DNA of 40,200 bases, from the IMG/VR virus record IMGVR_UViG_3300034965_000024, positions 1 through 40,200 of that record. One strand, written 5' to 3'. A program made the translations under genes and the position numbers. This DNA comes from a virus (Duplodnaviria > Caudoviricetes). Of the stretch, positions 16,515 to 24,145 are shown piece by piece; position 1 is the stretch's first letter; every line of letters starts with the position of its first letter. The notes below the pieces were generated by a model. It was not told the origin of the DNA and did no database searches. It saw only the letters and a program-made list of their open reading frames with translations.

Positions 16515-16680
16515 GGGCTACGGCTCCGGCTACGGCTACGGCGACGGCTCCGGCTACGGCTCCGGCTCCGGCTCCGGCTACGGCTCCGGCTACGGCTACG
16601 GCGACGGCTCCGGCTACGGCTCCGGCGACGGCTCCGGCTACGGCGACGGCTCCGGCTACGGCGACGGCTCGATTGATTAA
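16504..16680 (+). CDS. 58-aa Gly-X repeat protein (GYGSGYGYGDG...)
   Basis: Tandem GGC-(TAC/TCC/GAC) hexamers; ATG overlaps the end of the upstream gene. Confidence 0.8.
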   Translation: MSGKGYGSGYGYGDGSGYGSGSGSGYGSGYGYGDGSGYGSGDGSGYGDGSGYGDGSID

Positions 16681-16727
16681 CCTAAAGCGCCGCCAACACG
16701 GGGCACCTAACCCATGAGGGCAGTGAG

Positions 16728-16895
16728 ATGGAAAACAAAGTTTTGGAAGATATCAAAAATTATGCAATCAATAAGCTAAAGCAGAATTTCGGCTATTGTG
16801 GTGCGGCAGAGGGCGCTAATTCAGTATTTATAAATTCCGGTTCTGATGGCAGAAATATTACCATTAAGATAGACATTGAAGAAGTTGCCGGCTAG
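16728..16895 (+). CDS. 55-aa hypothetical protein (MENKVLEDIK...), not in ORF track
   Basis: Hand translation; GAGG RBS. Confidence 0.65.
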   Translation: MENKVLEDIKNYAINKLKQNFGYCGAAEGANSVFINSGSDGRNITIKIDIEEVAG

Positions 16896-16920
16896 TCCCC
16901 GCTAGGACTACGTATCCGCA

Positions 16921-17141
16921 TGCCCCTTGCGTCAGCTGCATTCTGGCGTTGCATGCAGGCAAAAGCTAGGAACCACTGTCGTGGGCTTCATAAGCAATAG
17001 GGGGCAGTCGAATGCGGTGATGGCGTAGTTAGTGCGCCGTGTTGCTTGACGTACACCGACCCTGAGGCCAAGACCCCAGCAGCAAGGGGAATAGTCAAGC
17101 ATGGCCAAGATTGGCAGCCGAGTCGTAATCGGCCACCGCAG
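16921..17141 (+). ncRNA. Candidate structured ncRNA: multibranch domain plus tRNA-like cloverleaf
   Basis: ORF-free gap with many nested stems; TGCGGTG/CACCGCA acceptor-like stem and 5-bp/7-nt T-like arm. Confidence 0.6.
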
Positions 17142-17163
17142 ACCTAATTAACTTGGAGTAAGC

Positions 17164-17340
17164 ATGATCACAAATGTCGCCGCCCTAAAGTTCAGAACCG
17201 ACACAAACGCCTCGGTCAATCTGAATTACATCACGCCAGAAATGGCCTATTCGCAGCTGGCCCAAGCATCGAGCATCGAGCAGCTAGAGGCCGCTATCGC
17301 GATATTTAACCGTGAATTGGAGAGGCAGAATGGACAATGA
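17164..17340 (+). CDS. 58-aa hypothetical protein (MITNVAALKF...), not in ORF track
   Basis: Hand translation; GGAG RBS. Confidence 0.65.
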   Translation: MITNVAALKFRTDTNASVNLNYITPEMAYSQLAQASSIEQLEAAIAIFNRELERQNGQ

Positions 17341-17539
17341 TTTTATTCCGTTCCAGTTAAAAGCAGCTTCAATCGCCGATCTCGCCTTACACTTCGATGG
17401 TGACATACCCAAACCGGGCGATAAGGTCGAGCTATTCTGTTATGAGCGCGGCGAGTTTTTCGTTAACCTGAAATGGCGCGTAGTGCAGGAGGAAAAATCG
17501 AATGAAAATAAGAGAGTTGGAGAGATTGAAAGTCGATGA
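17330..17539 (+). CDS. Hypothetical protein
   Basis: GGAGAGG RBS; coupled to the next gene. Confidence 0.55.
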   Translation: MDNDFIPFQLKAASIADLALHFDGDIPKPGDKVELFCYERGEFFVNLKWRVVQEEKSNENKRVGEIESR

Positions 17540-17748
17540 GTGAATATAACGACTATGATATTGATCACATTAACCAGATACAGGAAATAAAAAACGAAGT
17601 TGGGGTGCAAGGAATTTTTGAAATGACGCTGATGGCGTTGACAAATATACACGACGAAGGGCTTACGTTAGGGCAGGCCTGGACGCTAATGGATGCTTGT
17701 TTGCAGGATTTTAAGCCACCAAAATCTGGGGTGAAGGTCGATGAGTGA
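17536..17748 (+). CDS. Hypothetical acidic protein
   Basis: ATGA coupling. Confidence 0.65.
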   Translation: MSEYNDYDIDHINQIQEIKNEVGVQGIFEMTLMALTNIHDEGLTLGQAWTLMDACLQDFKPPKSGVKVDE

Positions 17749-17911
17749 GCAAACAAATGATATTTTCCAGCTAACCGCTGCTGGTCTTTTTGCCTTTGAC
17801 GGCGAAATCCCAATTGAAGAACTTTACCAAGCCTTCAAGAAGCGAATGATCACGGAAATCTATATCACTATGGAGCGTGGCAAGCTTGTAATTGAGGATG
17901 TTGACGCATGA
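17741..17911 (+). CDS. 56-aa hypothetical protein (MSEQTNDIF...), not in ORF track
   Basis: Hand translation; overlaps both neighbours. Confidence 0.6.
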   Translation: MSEQTNDIFQLTAAGLFAFDGEIPIEELYQAFKKRMITEIYITMERGKLVIEDVDA

Positions 17912-18501
17912 CTCACTCCGATAGCCTCCGCAAGTTAACGAATACCCTGATCGAGGTTAAGGCGCCAATTAACGCAGAGCTAGGCAAGCAAAAAGCCGAA
18001 TACTTTGCAAGGGGTGGTACGGTTACGGAGTTACCTAATAAGCTCGGAACCCCAAGGCCTATTGCTATTCGGCCAATAAAGTTTCAGATCGTGGAGGATG
18101 AGGTCATACCGGGTATTATTTGGGGCGATGAAGAAATCGAAGCCACTCGCTATATGAAAGCCTTGGGACAAAGTAATGCTGCCGTCGCATTGGCATTAAA
18201 TGCCTATTTCGGCAATAGTCGGACAGCCTTCGCAGTTAAACGACTTTGCGCTAAGCAGAAAATCTATCGTGCCGCTGCACCAAGGAAACCTTCACCGCTC
18301 AAGGGTCACCCATCTCGCGGCCCTAACGGTTATACGATAGCGGAGGATAAGGCGCTCCAGGCCCTCACAGAAGAAGGTCTTACGGTAGATAAGATAGTCA
18401 TCCGCATGAAGAAGATGTTCGGCAAGGATCGTACCGATAGCGGCCTTAGAGGTCGTTGTAAGCGATTAGGATTGCAAATAAACCGTATTACTTATGGCTG
18501 A
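17908..18501 (+). CDS. Putative transcription regulator with two GcrA/Myb-like HTH repeats
   Basis: WGDEEIEA...G.SNAAVA..L...RT..AV and YTIAEDKAL...G.T...I...RTDSGL repeats; N-terminal EYFARGGTV motif. Confidence 0.55.
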   Translation: MTHSDSLRKLTNTLIEVKAPINAELGKQKAEYFARGGTVTELPNKLGTPRPIAIRPIKFQIVEDEVIPGIIWGDEEIEATRYMKALGQSNAAVALALNAYFGNSRTAFAVKRLCAKQKIYRAAAPRKPSPLKGHPSRGPNGYTIAEDKALQALTEEGLTVDKIVIRMKKMFGKDRTDSGLRGRCKRLGLQINRITYG

Positions 18502-18838
18502 ATTGGGTAGAAATCTTAGCCAGAATGCCCTTCTTCATGCCCTATGTGGAGATGTGGCTAACCAAAAGCAATGGGCTGGGCAGAAAATAGATTGCGAGGG
18601 ATGGAAGCGATTATTTGTGGATTCATGGGCTAGAGAAACAGGTCGATCTCCAGGAAAAGTTGTTCCATCATTAGATGGTGAATCAGTTGTAGTATTAAAT
18701 ATATCTACAAGAAAGCTAATAAAAAAAGACTTTGCTGAGCTTATAACCTGGATTTTGGCATATTGTGATATGAATGATATTCGCTTAAATGCACCTGAAA
18801 ATTATTTGGAGTATCGGGAGGCGGTAAATGGTCAATAA
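18494..18838 (+). CDS. ninB: NinB/Orf-family recombination protein
   Basis: RNLSQNALLHAL..DVA.Q..W.G...WKRLF...VVPSLDG...STRKL.K.DFAELI. Confidence 0.9.
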   Translation: MAELGRNLSQNALLHALCGDVANQKQWAGQKIDCEGWKRLFVDSWARETGRSPGKVVPSLDGESVVVLNISTRKLIKKDFAELITWILAYCDMNDIRLNAPENYLEYREAVNGQ

Positions 18839-19475
18839 GACGAACCTTGTAGGTCGGCGTTTTGGAAGGTTAGTTATTGTTGAATATTCTCATAAAGTTA
18901 GGCATCAAACATATTGGAAGGGATTATGTGATTGCGGCAGAATTGCCGTTACCAGAATTGATGGATTGAATAGTGGGCGATGCAGTTCATGTGGCTGTCT
19001 TCGGAAAGAGCGTGCTAGTGCAGCTACCAAAAAAAGATTAACCACTCACGGAAAAACAGTAGGCGGAGTTCAAAGAATTTATAGAATATGGAGGAATATG
19101 ATAAATCGATGCCATAATAAAAATGTGGAGGCATATAAAAATTATGGCGCAAGAGGAATAATAGTTTGTGATCGATGGAAAGATTTTTCTGCATTCCTTT
19201 TAGATATGGGCGAGCCAGCATTGCATATGACTCTAGACAGAATAAATAATGATGACGGATACAATAAGGGAAATTGTCGATGGGCAACCAGAAAGGAACA
19301 GAGTAATAATACTAGGCAGAATAGGAAGATAACAATTAATGGCATGACAATGAATATATCGCAATGGGCTGAGCATCCAAATGCTGTTGATGCAAGTTTA
19401 ATTTCTTGTCGTCTGGGGCGTGGATGGGATGCAGAAAAAGCGGTTTTCAAAGATAGAAGAATTCGTAATGCCTAA
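18828..19475 (+). CDS. HNH homing endonuclease-like protein
   Basis: GRRFGRL, CDCG, SCGC, YGARGI.VC.RW, TLDRINND.GY...NCRWAT. Confidence 0.88.
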   Translation: MVNKTNLVGRRFGRLVIVEYSHKVRHQTYWKGLCDCGRIAVTRIDGLNSGRCSSCGCLRKERASAATKKRLTTHGKTVGGVQRIYRIWRNMINRCHNKNVEAYKNYGARGIIVCDRWKDFSAFLLDMGEPALHMTLDRINNDDGYNKGNCRWATRKEQSNNTRQNRKITINGMTMNISQWAEHPNAVDASLISCRLGRGWDAEKAVFKDRRIRNA

Positions 19476-20052
19476 ATGCGGCCACTGTAAAGAACAAACA
19501 ACTAACCGTTATGGCCTAACTGCCGCCTGTAATCCAGAGCACGCCATAGCCATAGCCATCACCAGAGCCAAGCAGGCGAAGAAAGACGCAAAACAGCTAC
19601 GCGAGGATAAAGCTAGGATTAAAACGCGCCAGCAGTGGCGCAAGGAGGCAGGAGAGGCCTTTAGGGCATATATCCGCGAGAGAGATCGTGGTAGAACTTG
19701 TATTTGTTGTGGGTCATTTGGCAAAGATGAGGATTGGATAACTGGAGGGAAATGGGATGCAGGGCATTTCCTTAGTGTTGGCTCGCATCCTGAGTTAGAG
19801 TTTGAGCCGCTCAATTGTCATTTACAGCTAAAAACTTGTAATTCAGGATCTGGGAAATTCGGTAAATTTCACGGTAATGAGCGCATAGTGTCTGCTAGAT
19901 ATAAAATTGGTCTTATTGCCCGAATTGGATTCGATAAGGTCGAATGGCTAGAAGGGCCTCACGAACCAAATAAATACGGTATCCCTGAGTTACAAGCCAT
20001 AAAGGCCAAATATACCAAGATGCGCAGAGAGTTGGAAAAAGAACGGCTTTGA
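19468..20052 (+). CDS. ninG: NinG/Rap-family junction endonuclease
   Basis: F.AYIRERD...CICCG...WDAGHFLSVGSHPEL.F...NCH.Q...CN...VEWLEGPH. Confidence 0.92.
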   Translation: MPKCGHCKEQTTNRYGLTAACNPEHAIAIAITRAKQAKKDAKQLREDKARIKTRQQWRKEAGEAFRAYIRERDRGRTCICCGSFGKDEDWITGGKWDAGHFLSVGSHPELEFEPLNCHLQLKTCNSGSGKFGKFHGNERIVSARYKIGLIARIGFDKVEWLEGPHEPNKYGIPELQAIKAKYTKMRRELEKERL

Positions 20053-20084
20053 TATAGCATAATAGCGATTTCGGAGCGCTCAGC

Positions 20085-20351
20085 ATGGCTGCTAAATACC
20101 CTGACTGGTCAGCCTATATCATCATAAACTGTAATGGCCAAACGACAGTTGACGGCGGAATTACAGCAACCAACCATAGAGACTGCCTGACGTGGTGCGC
20201 TCGAAAAGAGGGTTGCCAAGTGTCTCAAGGCAATCAGCGCTGGACGCTGGAAGAATTTAACAAGTACCTGATAGATTCCGATGGCTGTATCGACCGCAAA
20301 GACATGAAGCTTTTAGACCTGATTGTGGATAGCTGCGGCCTGATCGACTGA
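20085..20351 (+). CDS. Hypothetical protein
   Basis: GGAG RBS; ORF track. Confidence 0.65.
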   Translation: MAAKYPDWSAYIIINCNGQTTVDGGITATNHRDCLTWCARKEGCQVSQGNQRWTLEEFNKYLIDSDGCIDRKDMKLLDLIVDSCGLID

Positions 20352-20416
20352 GTGCTACCACACAGACTTGTCACATGACGCTGTTATAATTACCGGAAAC
20401 CAACCGGGTCAGCGCC

Positions 20417-20692
20417 ATGAAAATCAACGTCTACCACCATTTCGATGACCCTACGCTCTGCCAAATCCTCAAGGAGATGCACACCATGGCTGTTAATCTT
20501 GATCGCCTGACTACCGAAGTATCTGAAAATACCACTGTCATCGAAAGCGCTATTACCCTGATTGACGGCTTGCGCCAAGCTATCATCGATGCCGGCGCCG
20601 ATCCTGTAAAACTGGGCGAGCTGGCCGATAAGCTGGATTCCCAAAGTAACCGACTGGCCGCTGCTGTCGCCGATAATACCCCTGCTGCCTAA
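20417..20692 (+). CDS. Conserved coiled-coil phage protein
   Basis: LTTEVSENTTVIESAITLIDGL...LAAAVADNTP; possible internal start behind AAGGAG. Confidence 0.75.
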   Translation: MKINVYHHFDDPTLCQILKEMHTMAVNLDRLTTEVSENTTVIESAITLIDGLRQAIIDAGADPVKLGELADKLDSQSNRLAAAVADNTPAA

Positions 20693-20710
20693 TGGTTCCG
20701 CGTGGAACGT

Positions 20711-20734
20711 GCCTCCGCCCCCTGGAGGCTTTTT
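20711..20734 (+). terminator. Intrinsic terminator
   Basis: GCCTCC-N7-GGAGGC-TTTTT. Confidence 0.8.
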
Positions 20735-20799
20735 ATCGCTTGAAAGCTCAGCCATAATTATCTAAACTATCAATTCCATTCATTATTTGGGGGCAGGAT

Positions 20800-20877
20800 A
20801 TGATCGAATTGAACGGTGTAGGTGGCGGATCGAAACCCGATAAGCCAAAATCTAAGCCGCGCCCTAAGCCCTGTTAA
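20800..20877 (+). CDS. 25-aa peptide MIELNGVGGGSKPDKPKSKPRPKPC, not in ORF track
   Basis: GGGGCAGGA upstream; TAATG coupling to the membrane-protein gene. Confidence 0.55.
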   Translation: MIELNGVGGGSKPDKPKSKPRPKPC

Positions 20878-21344
20878 TGTCCTCCTACCACTTTTTTCTC
20901 CTAACCCTGCTCTGTATCGGTGGGGCTTTGAATCTCTACCAGCCAAGAGTGCTAACGCTGGTATTCGTTACCGCCCTGTTCTTATTATTTCTGAGCAGCC
21001 TTATCCCCCCCGCTAATGTCCTGCAAAACACCTGGTTCAAGGTATTAATTCAGTCTGAAGCCTTTTTTGCTGCCTGTGCACTGTTAAGTTTTTCGACAGC
21101 AGGCCGTATAGTCGCTGCTTTCTGCTTGTGGAACATTGCGAGTCATGTTTTAGGATGGGTATCGTTCGTACACGACTATCCTGCCTACACGCTGTATAGT
21201 CCCTTAATCCGAGCCGGTGAGGTGTGTCAGGCATTAGCGCTAATTCTGTTCTCCCAACCGATTATTAACCTCGCCGTGTGGTTTCGGACAAAAGACAGGA
21301 GTACGGACGATGAGTGGCATCGACTGGAGCACGGTACTCGCTAA
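20877..21344 (+). CDS. Polytopic membrane protein (about 5 TM)
   Basis: Multiple hydrophobic segments. Confidence 0.8.
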   Translation: MSSYHFFLLTLLCIGGALNLYQPRVLTLVFVTALFLLFLSSLIPPANVLQNTWFKVLIQSEAFFAACALLSFSTAGRIVAAFCLWNIASHVLGWVSFVHDYPAYTLYSPLIRAGEVCQALALILFSQPIINLAVWFRTKDRSTDDEWHRLEHGTR

Positions 21345-21714
21345 TTTAGGTACCTTCGTTATAGCGGTGGCCAGTCTATTTGGCTTATTTTGGGGAGTCA
21401 TACGCCGAACAACCCGATCGCTGATTTCGGAAAATGCTGTCTCTGCCAAGGTCTATCGCGAGGAGCAAAACCAAATTAGAGCCGACATTGAAGATCTAAA
21501 GAAATCCGATGCTGAATTTCGTGTTATCAAGAGCCAAATAGAGAGTGTCCAGCGCGCGCAATCCGAGCTAAAAACCGATATGCAGCGCGGCTTAGGCGAG
21601 GTGCAGCAAGATATCAAGGAGAGCGCCGATCGGCAGAGTAAAGAGTTAAACGGCGCAATTGATCGCGTGCAGCGGACAATGGTTGAATATACACGAGCAG
21701 TTGCAGGAAAATAA
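21310..21714 (+). CDS. Single-TM plus coiled-coil protein (holin/antiholin- or spanin-like)
   Basis: N-terminal TM, RRTTR, long heptad tail; AGGAG RBS. Confidence 0.65.
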   Translation: MSGIDWSTVLANLGTFVIAVASLFGLFWGVIRRTTRSLISENAVSAKVYREEQNQIRADIEDLKKSDAEFRVIKSQIESVQRAQSELKTDMQRGLGEVQQDIKESADRQSKELNGAIDRVQRTMVEYTRAVAGK

Positions 21715-21795
21715 GACGGTTTTATTAGTTTATGCGCTAGAATAGAGATTAACTATCGCCGTGAGGCGTCAGATCCCCCTGGGTGGATTAATCGA

Positions 21796-23421
21796 ATGGC
21801 TACTGAGTATATTAATGCTACCGCAGGCCTAGATGCTAATTCTGGGGCCAGTCCTGCGCTTGCCTGGCAGTCCACCCAAAAAGCCAATACCTCCGCTACG
21901 ACCAATGACACTATCCAAGCCGCTACCGACACCTATAACGCCAATGGTACGGGTGGATATGGCCAGACATTCCACAGCCTTACTCGACCCCTTACCTGGA
22001 CCGCTGCAACGACAGGTGGCGCGCGACTCACTAACACCGCGGCGGGTAACCCAGTCTGCTTCGTCTCTGCCCTCGGCAACGGGGTAGCCCTTAATTTTAA
22101 CGGCATCGTATTTGATGCAAACAACTTCACCCAGTATGCTTTCTCTAACGCCGATATGGGCGCAAATGTCTGGAACATTACCTGGACAAGCTGCGAGTTC
22201 AAAAACCCACTGATCCGTGGCTCCTTACTTATTGGTCTAAAGGCTGGTGCCTTTGTCTTCTCGGGCTGTACCTATACCGTTTCGACCTCTGCAACAGGCG
22301 GCAGTGGAGTGGTTTATGGGATGGATGGCGATGGGGCTACCCTAGGGGCGTCTGCGGTCGTCAGCATTACCCATACCAATCCAATTATTAATATTACTTC
22401 GAACACCATCACAGCTTATGGGATCTACCAGGACGTTTCGGCGGTCCCGACGAATGCGGTAACTTATGTCGTCGATGGCTTGTCCGGCCAGATCAATGTG
22501 ACTGATGCCACGCATTTTTCCTGTGCGGTATTCAATAAAATCTCAGGCGTTACGATCAAGAACTCCGCTAATCTTACCGTCGCCTGTAGCACCACCACTA
22601 ATTCAGCCTTTGGCTTTCTGGTGGTTGGGTTCTCAGCGCTCTATGTCAATACGTCGCCCGTTATCACTAACAATGCGATGACCTGCGTATTTCCTTCGGG
22701 CTTTGGTATCGCATTAGGCAACCCCTCCACCGCAAACTTTGTTACAGGTGGTACGCTAACTGGCAACAATTTAGTGGGTACCTATTACGCCAGCTCAACC
22801 CCGCACGGCATTGCCGTGGGCATGCAAACCTCCGTTGCTACGTTTGCCGGTAATACTGCTCGAGGATTTTACGTCAATTTCATAGCCTCCCTTACAACCT
22901 CCGGCACGGGCAAGAACAATATCTCCTATGATTCGTACGGAGCAGACTTCTACGCCAAGGGATGTACAGCCTTCACCTTTACCGCCAACACAGCGGTCCA
23001 GACTGGTAAATATGCAAGACGCAACCTAGCCCCCTTTGCCATCGATTCTCAGGGCGGTGTGGTCACTGTTGCGACCACCTTTAGCAACAATACTTTCATT
23101 TGCGCTGAGCCCGATATCACTCGTATTAATGCCCTATTCAATATCACGGTCAACAGTAATGGGACTGTGAGCGGGAATACGTACTACATCCCCGATACGA
23201 TTGCAGACAGCGCGCAATTGTTCTGGGTAGGTGGTTCAGAGGGTAACCGAGGCGGCACGGGTTATACGATTACTCAGTGGCGTACAGGTACGGCTGGAAG
23301 TGTGTCTGCCACTAACGGCACTGGGACGATTGCCGTCTCCGGCGAAACGATTATCAAATTACCCCTGGCCCAGCTACAAATCATGGCCGCAGGGGGCAGC
23401 AATCCTATTTATCGAAGGTGA
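21796..23421 (+). CDS. Right-handed beta-helix protein (possible second RBP or depolymerase)
   Basis: YINATAGLDANSGASPALAWQS opening motif; repeated T.TNN/.SGNT rungs; T/G/N/S-rich. Confidence 0.72.
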   Translation: MATEYINATAGLDANSGASPALAWQSTQKANTSATTNDTIQAATDTYNANGTGGYGQTFHSLTRPLTWTAATTGGARLTNTAAGNPVCFVSALGNGVALNFNGIVFDANNFTQYAFSNADMGANVWNITWTSCEFKNPLIRGSLLIGLKAGAFVFSGCTYTVSTSATGGSGVVYGMDGDGATLGASAVVSITHTNPIINITSNTITAYGIYQDVSAVPTNAVTYVVDGLSGQINVTDATHFSCAVFNKISGVTIKNSANLTVACSTTTNSAFGFLVVGFSALYVNTSPVITNNAMTCVFPSGFGIALGNPSTANFVTGGTLTGNNLVGTYYASSTPHGIAVGMQTSVATFAGNTARGFYVNFIASLTTSGTGKNNISYDSYGADFYAKGCTAFTFTANTAVQTGKYARRNLAPFAIDSQGGVVTVATTFSNNTFICAEPDITRINALFNITVNSNGTVSGNTYYIPDTIADSAQLFWVGGSEGNRGGTGYTITQWRTGTAGSVSATNGTGTIAVSGETIIKLPLAQLQIMAAGGSNPIYRR

Positions 23422-23424
23422 TTT

Positions 23425-23748
23425 ATGAACGAATGTTTTCCGTTATCGCTAGGCTCTGCTTGCCGAGCAATCACTTCAGCCGGTCAATTCACTACTATGC
23501 CGGGTGGTGAAAACTCGCAAATCCGTATTTACAACGCCGGCCCTAACAAAGTTTGCGTGCGCTCTAGCGATGGCTCAACAGCCGCAGTAATGCCGACAGA
23601 CTCGGCTACGCCTAACGGAGTCGGCACTGTGATTCCACCCAATGGCGTCGAGCCCTTCACGCTGCCCGCTGGCGCGTCCTCGCTGCATGGTATTTGTGCG
23701 GCTGGCGAAACGGCGACGATTTATTTCAGTGTTGGATTGGGCGATTAG
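23425..23748 (+). CDS. Small beta-sandwich protein, possible virion component
   Basis: IRIYNAG...VIPPNGVE.F...TIYFSVG.G. Confidence 0.65.
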   Translation: MNECFPLSLGSACRAITSAGQFTTMPGGENSQIRIYNAGPNKVCVRSSDGSTAAVMPTDSATPNGVGTVIPPNGVEPFTLPAGASSLHGICAAGETATIYFSVGLGD

Positions 23749-23803
23749 CGTAATTCTTACGGGCTGCTCGTCGACGGATACAAACATTTTGCGTAAATAC
23801 TGG

Positions 23804-23844
23804 TTATTAAAAGTTATACACAGGTTATTAACAAGTTATCCACA
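23804..23844 (+). promoter_or_regulatory. DnaA-box array
   Basis: TTATACACA 23814, TTATTAACA 23825 and TTATCCACA 23836 at 11-bp period; degenerate TTATTAAAA at 23804. Confidence 0.75.
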
Positions 23845-23869
23845 ATCAATATCTTAGGAATTGTTATAA

Positions 23870-24145
23870 ATGGCTGGCGCCCCAATAGGCAACAACAACG
23901 CTGCAAAGACAAAGGCGTGGGATGCGGCACTACGCAGAGCTATTGCGCAGGATAATACAGAGAGGCTTAGAGCAGCCGCAGAACAATTACTAACGCTGGC
24001 GTCTCAAGGCGAGCAATGGGCAATTAGAGAGCTGGCTGATCGCCTGGACGGAAAATCCCACCAGTCGGTTGGTATCGGTGATCCTGACGGCAATCCATTG
24101 GTTGCTAGAATCGAATTAGTCGGCATTAAGCCAGAGGATAAATGA
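23870..24145 (+). CDS. terS: Terminase small subunit
   Basis: GAPIGNNNA opening and AIRELADRLDGK; overlaps terL. Confidence 0.75.
   Translation: MAGAPIGNNNAAKTKAWDAALRRAIAQDNTERLRAAAEQLLTLASQGEQWAIRELADRLDGKSHQSVGIGDPDGNPLVARIELVGIKPEDK

Noticed and set aside
16515-16670. Diversity-generating retroelement or CRISPR at the GGC-rich repeats
   Set aside because: No reverse transcriptase and no TR/VR pair differing at adenines; it is a simple coding hexamer repeat
17060-17096. Hammerhead ribozyme (CTGAGG...GAATA)
   Set aside because: Core should be CUGANGA...GAAA; both halves mismatch
17013-17141. Canonical or intron-containing tRNA
   Set aside because: Lacks U8, the TTC T-loop, a 7-nt anticodon loop and CCA; kept only as tRNA-like
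20368-20390. TTGTCA...TATAAT promoter
   Set aside because: Spacer is only 11 bp; the -10 may be real but the pair is not supportable
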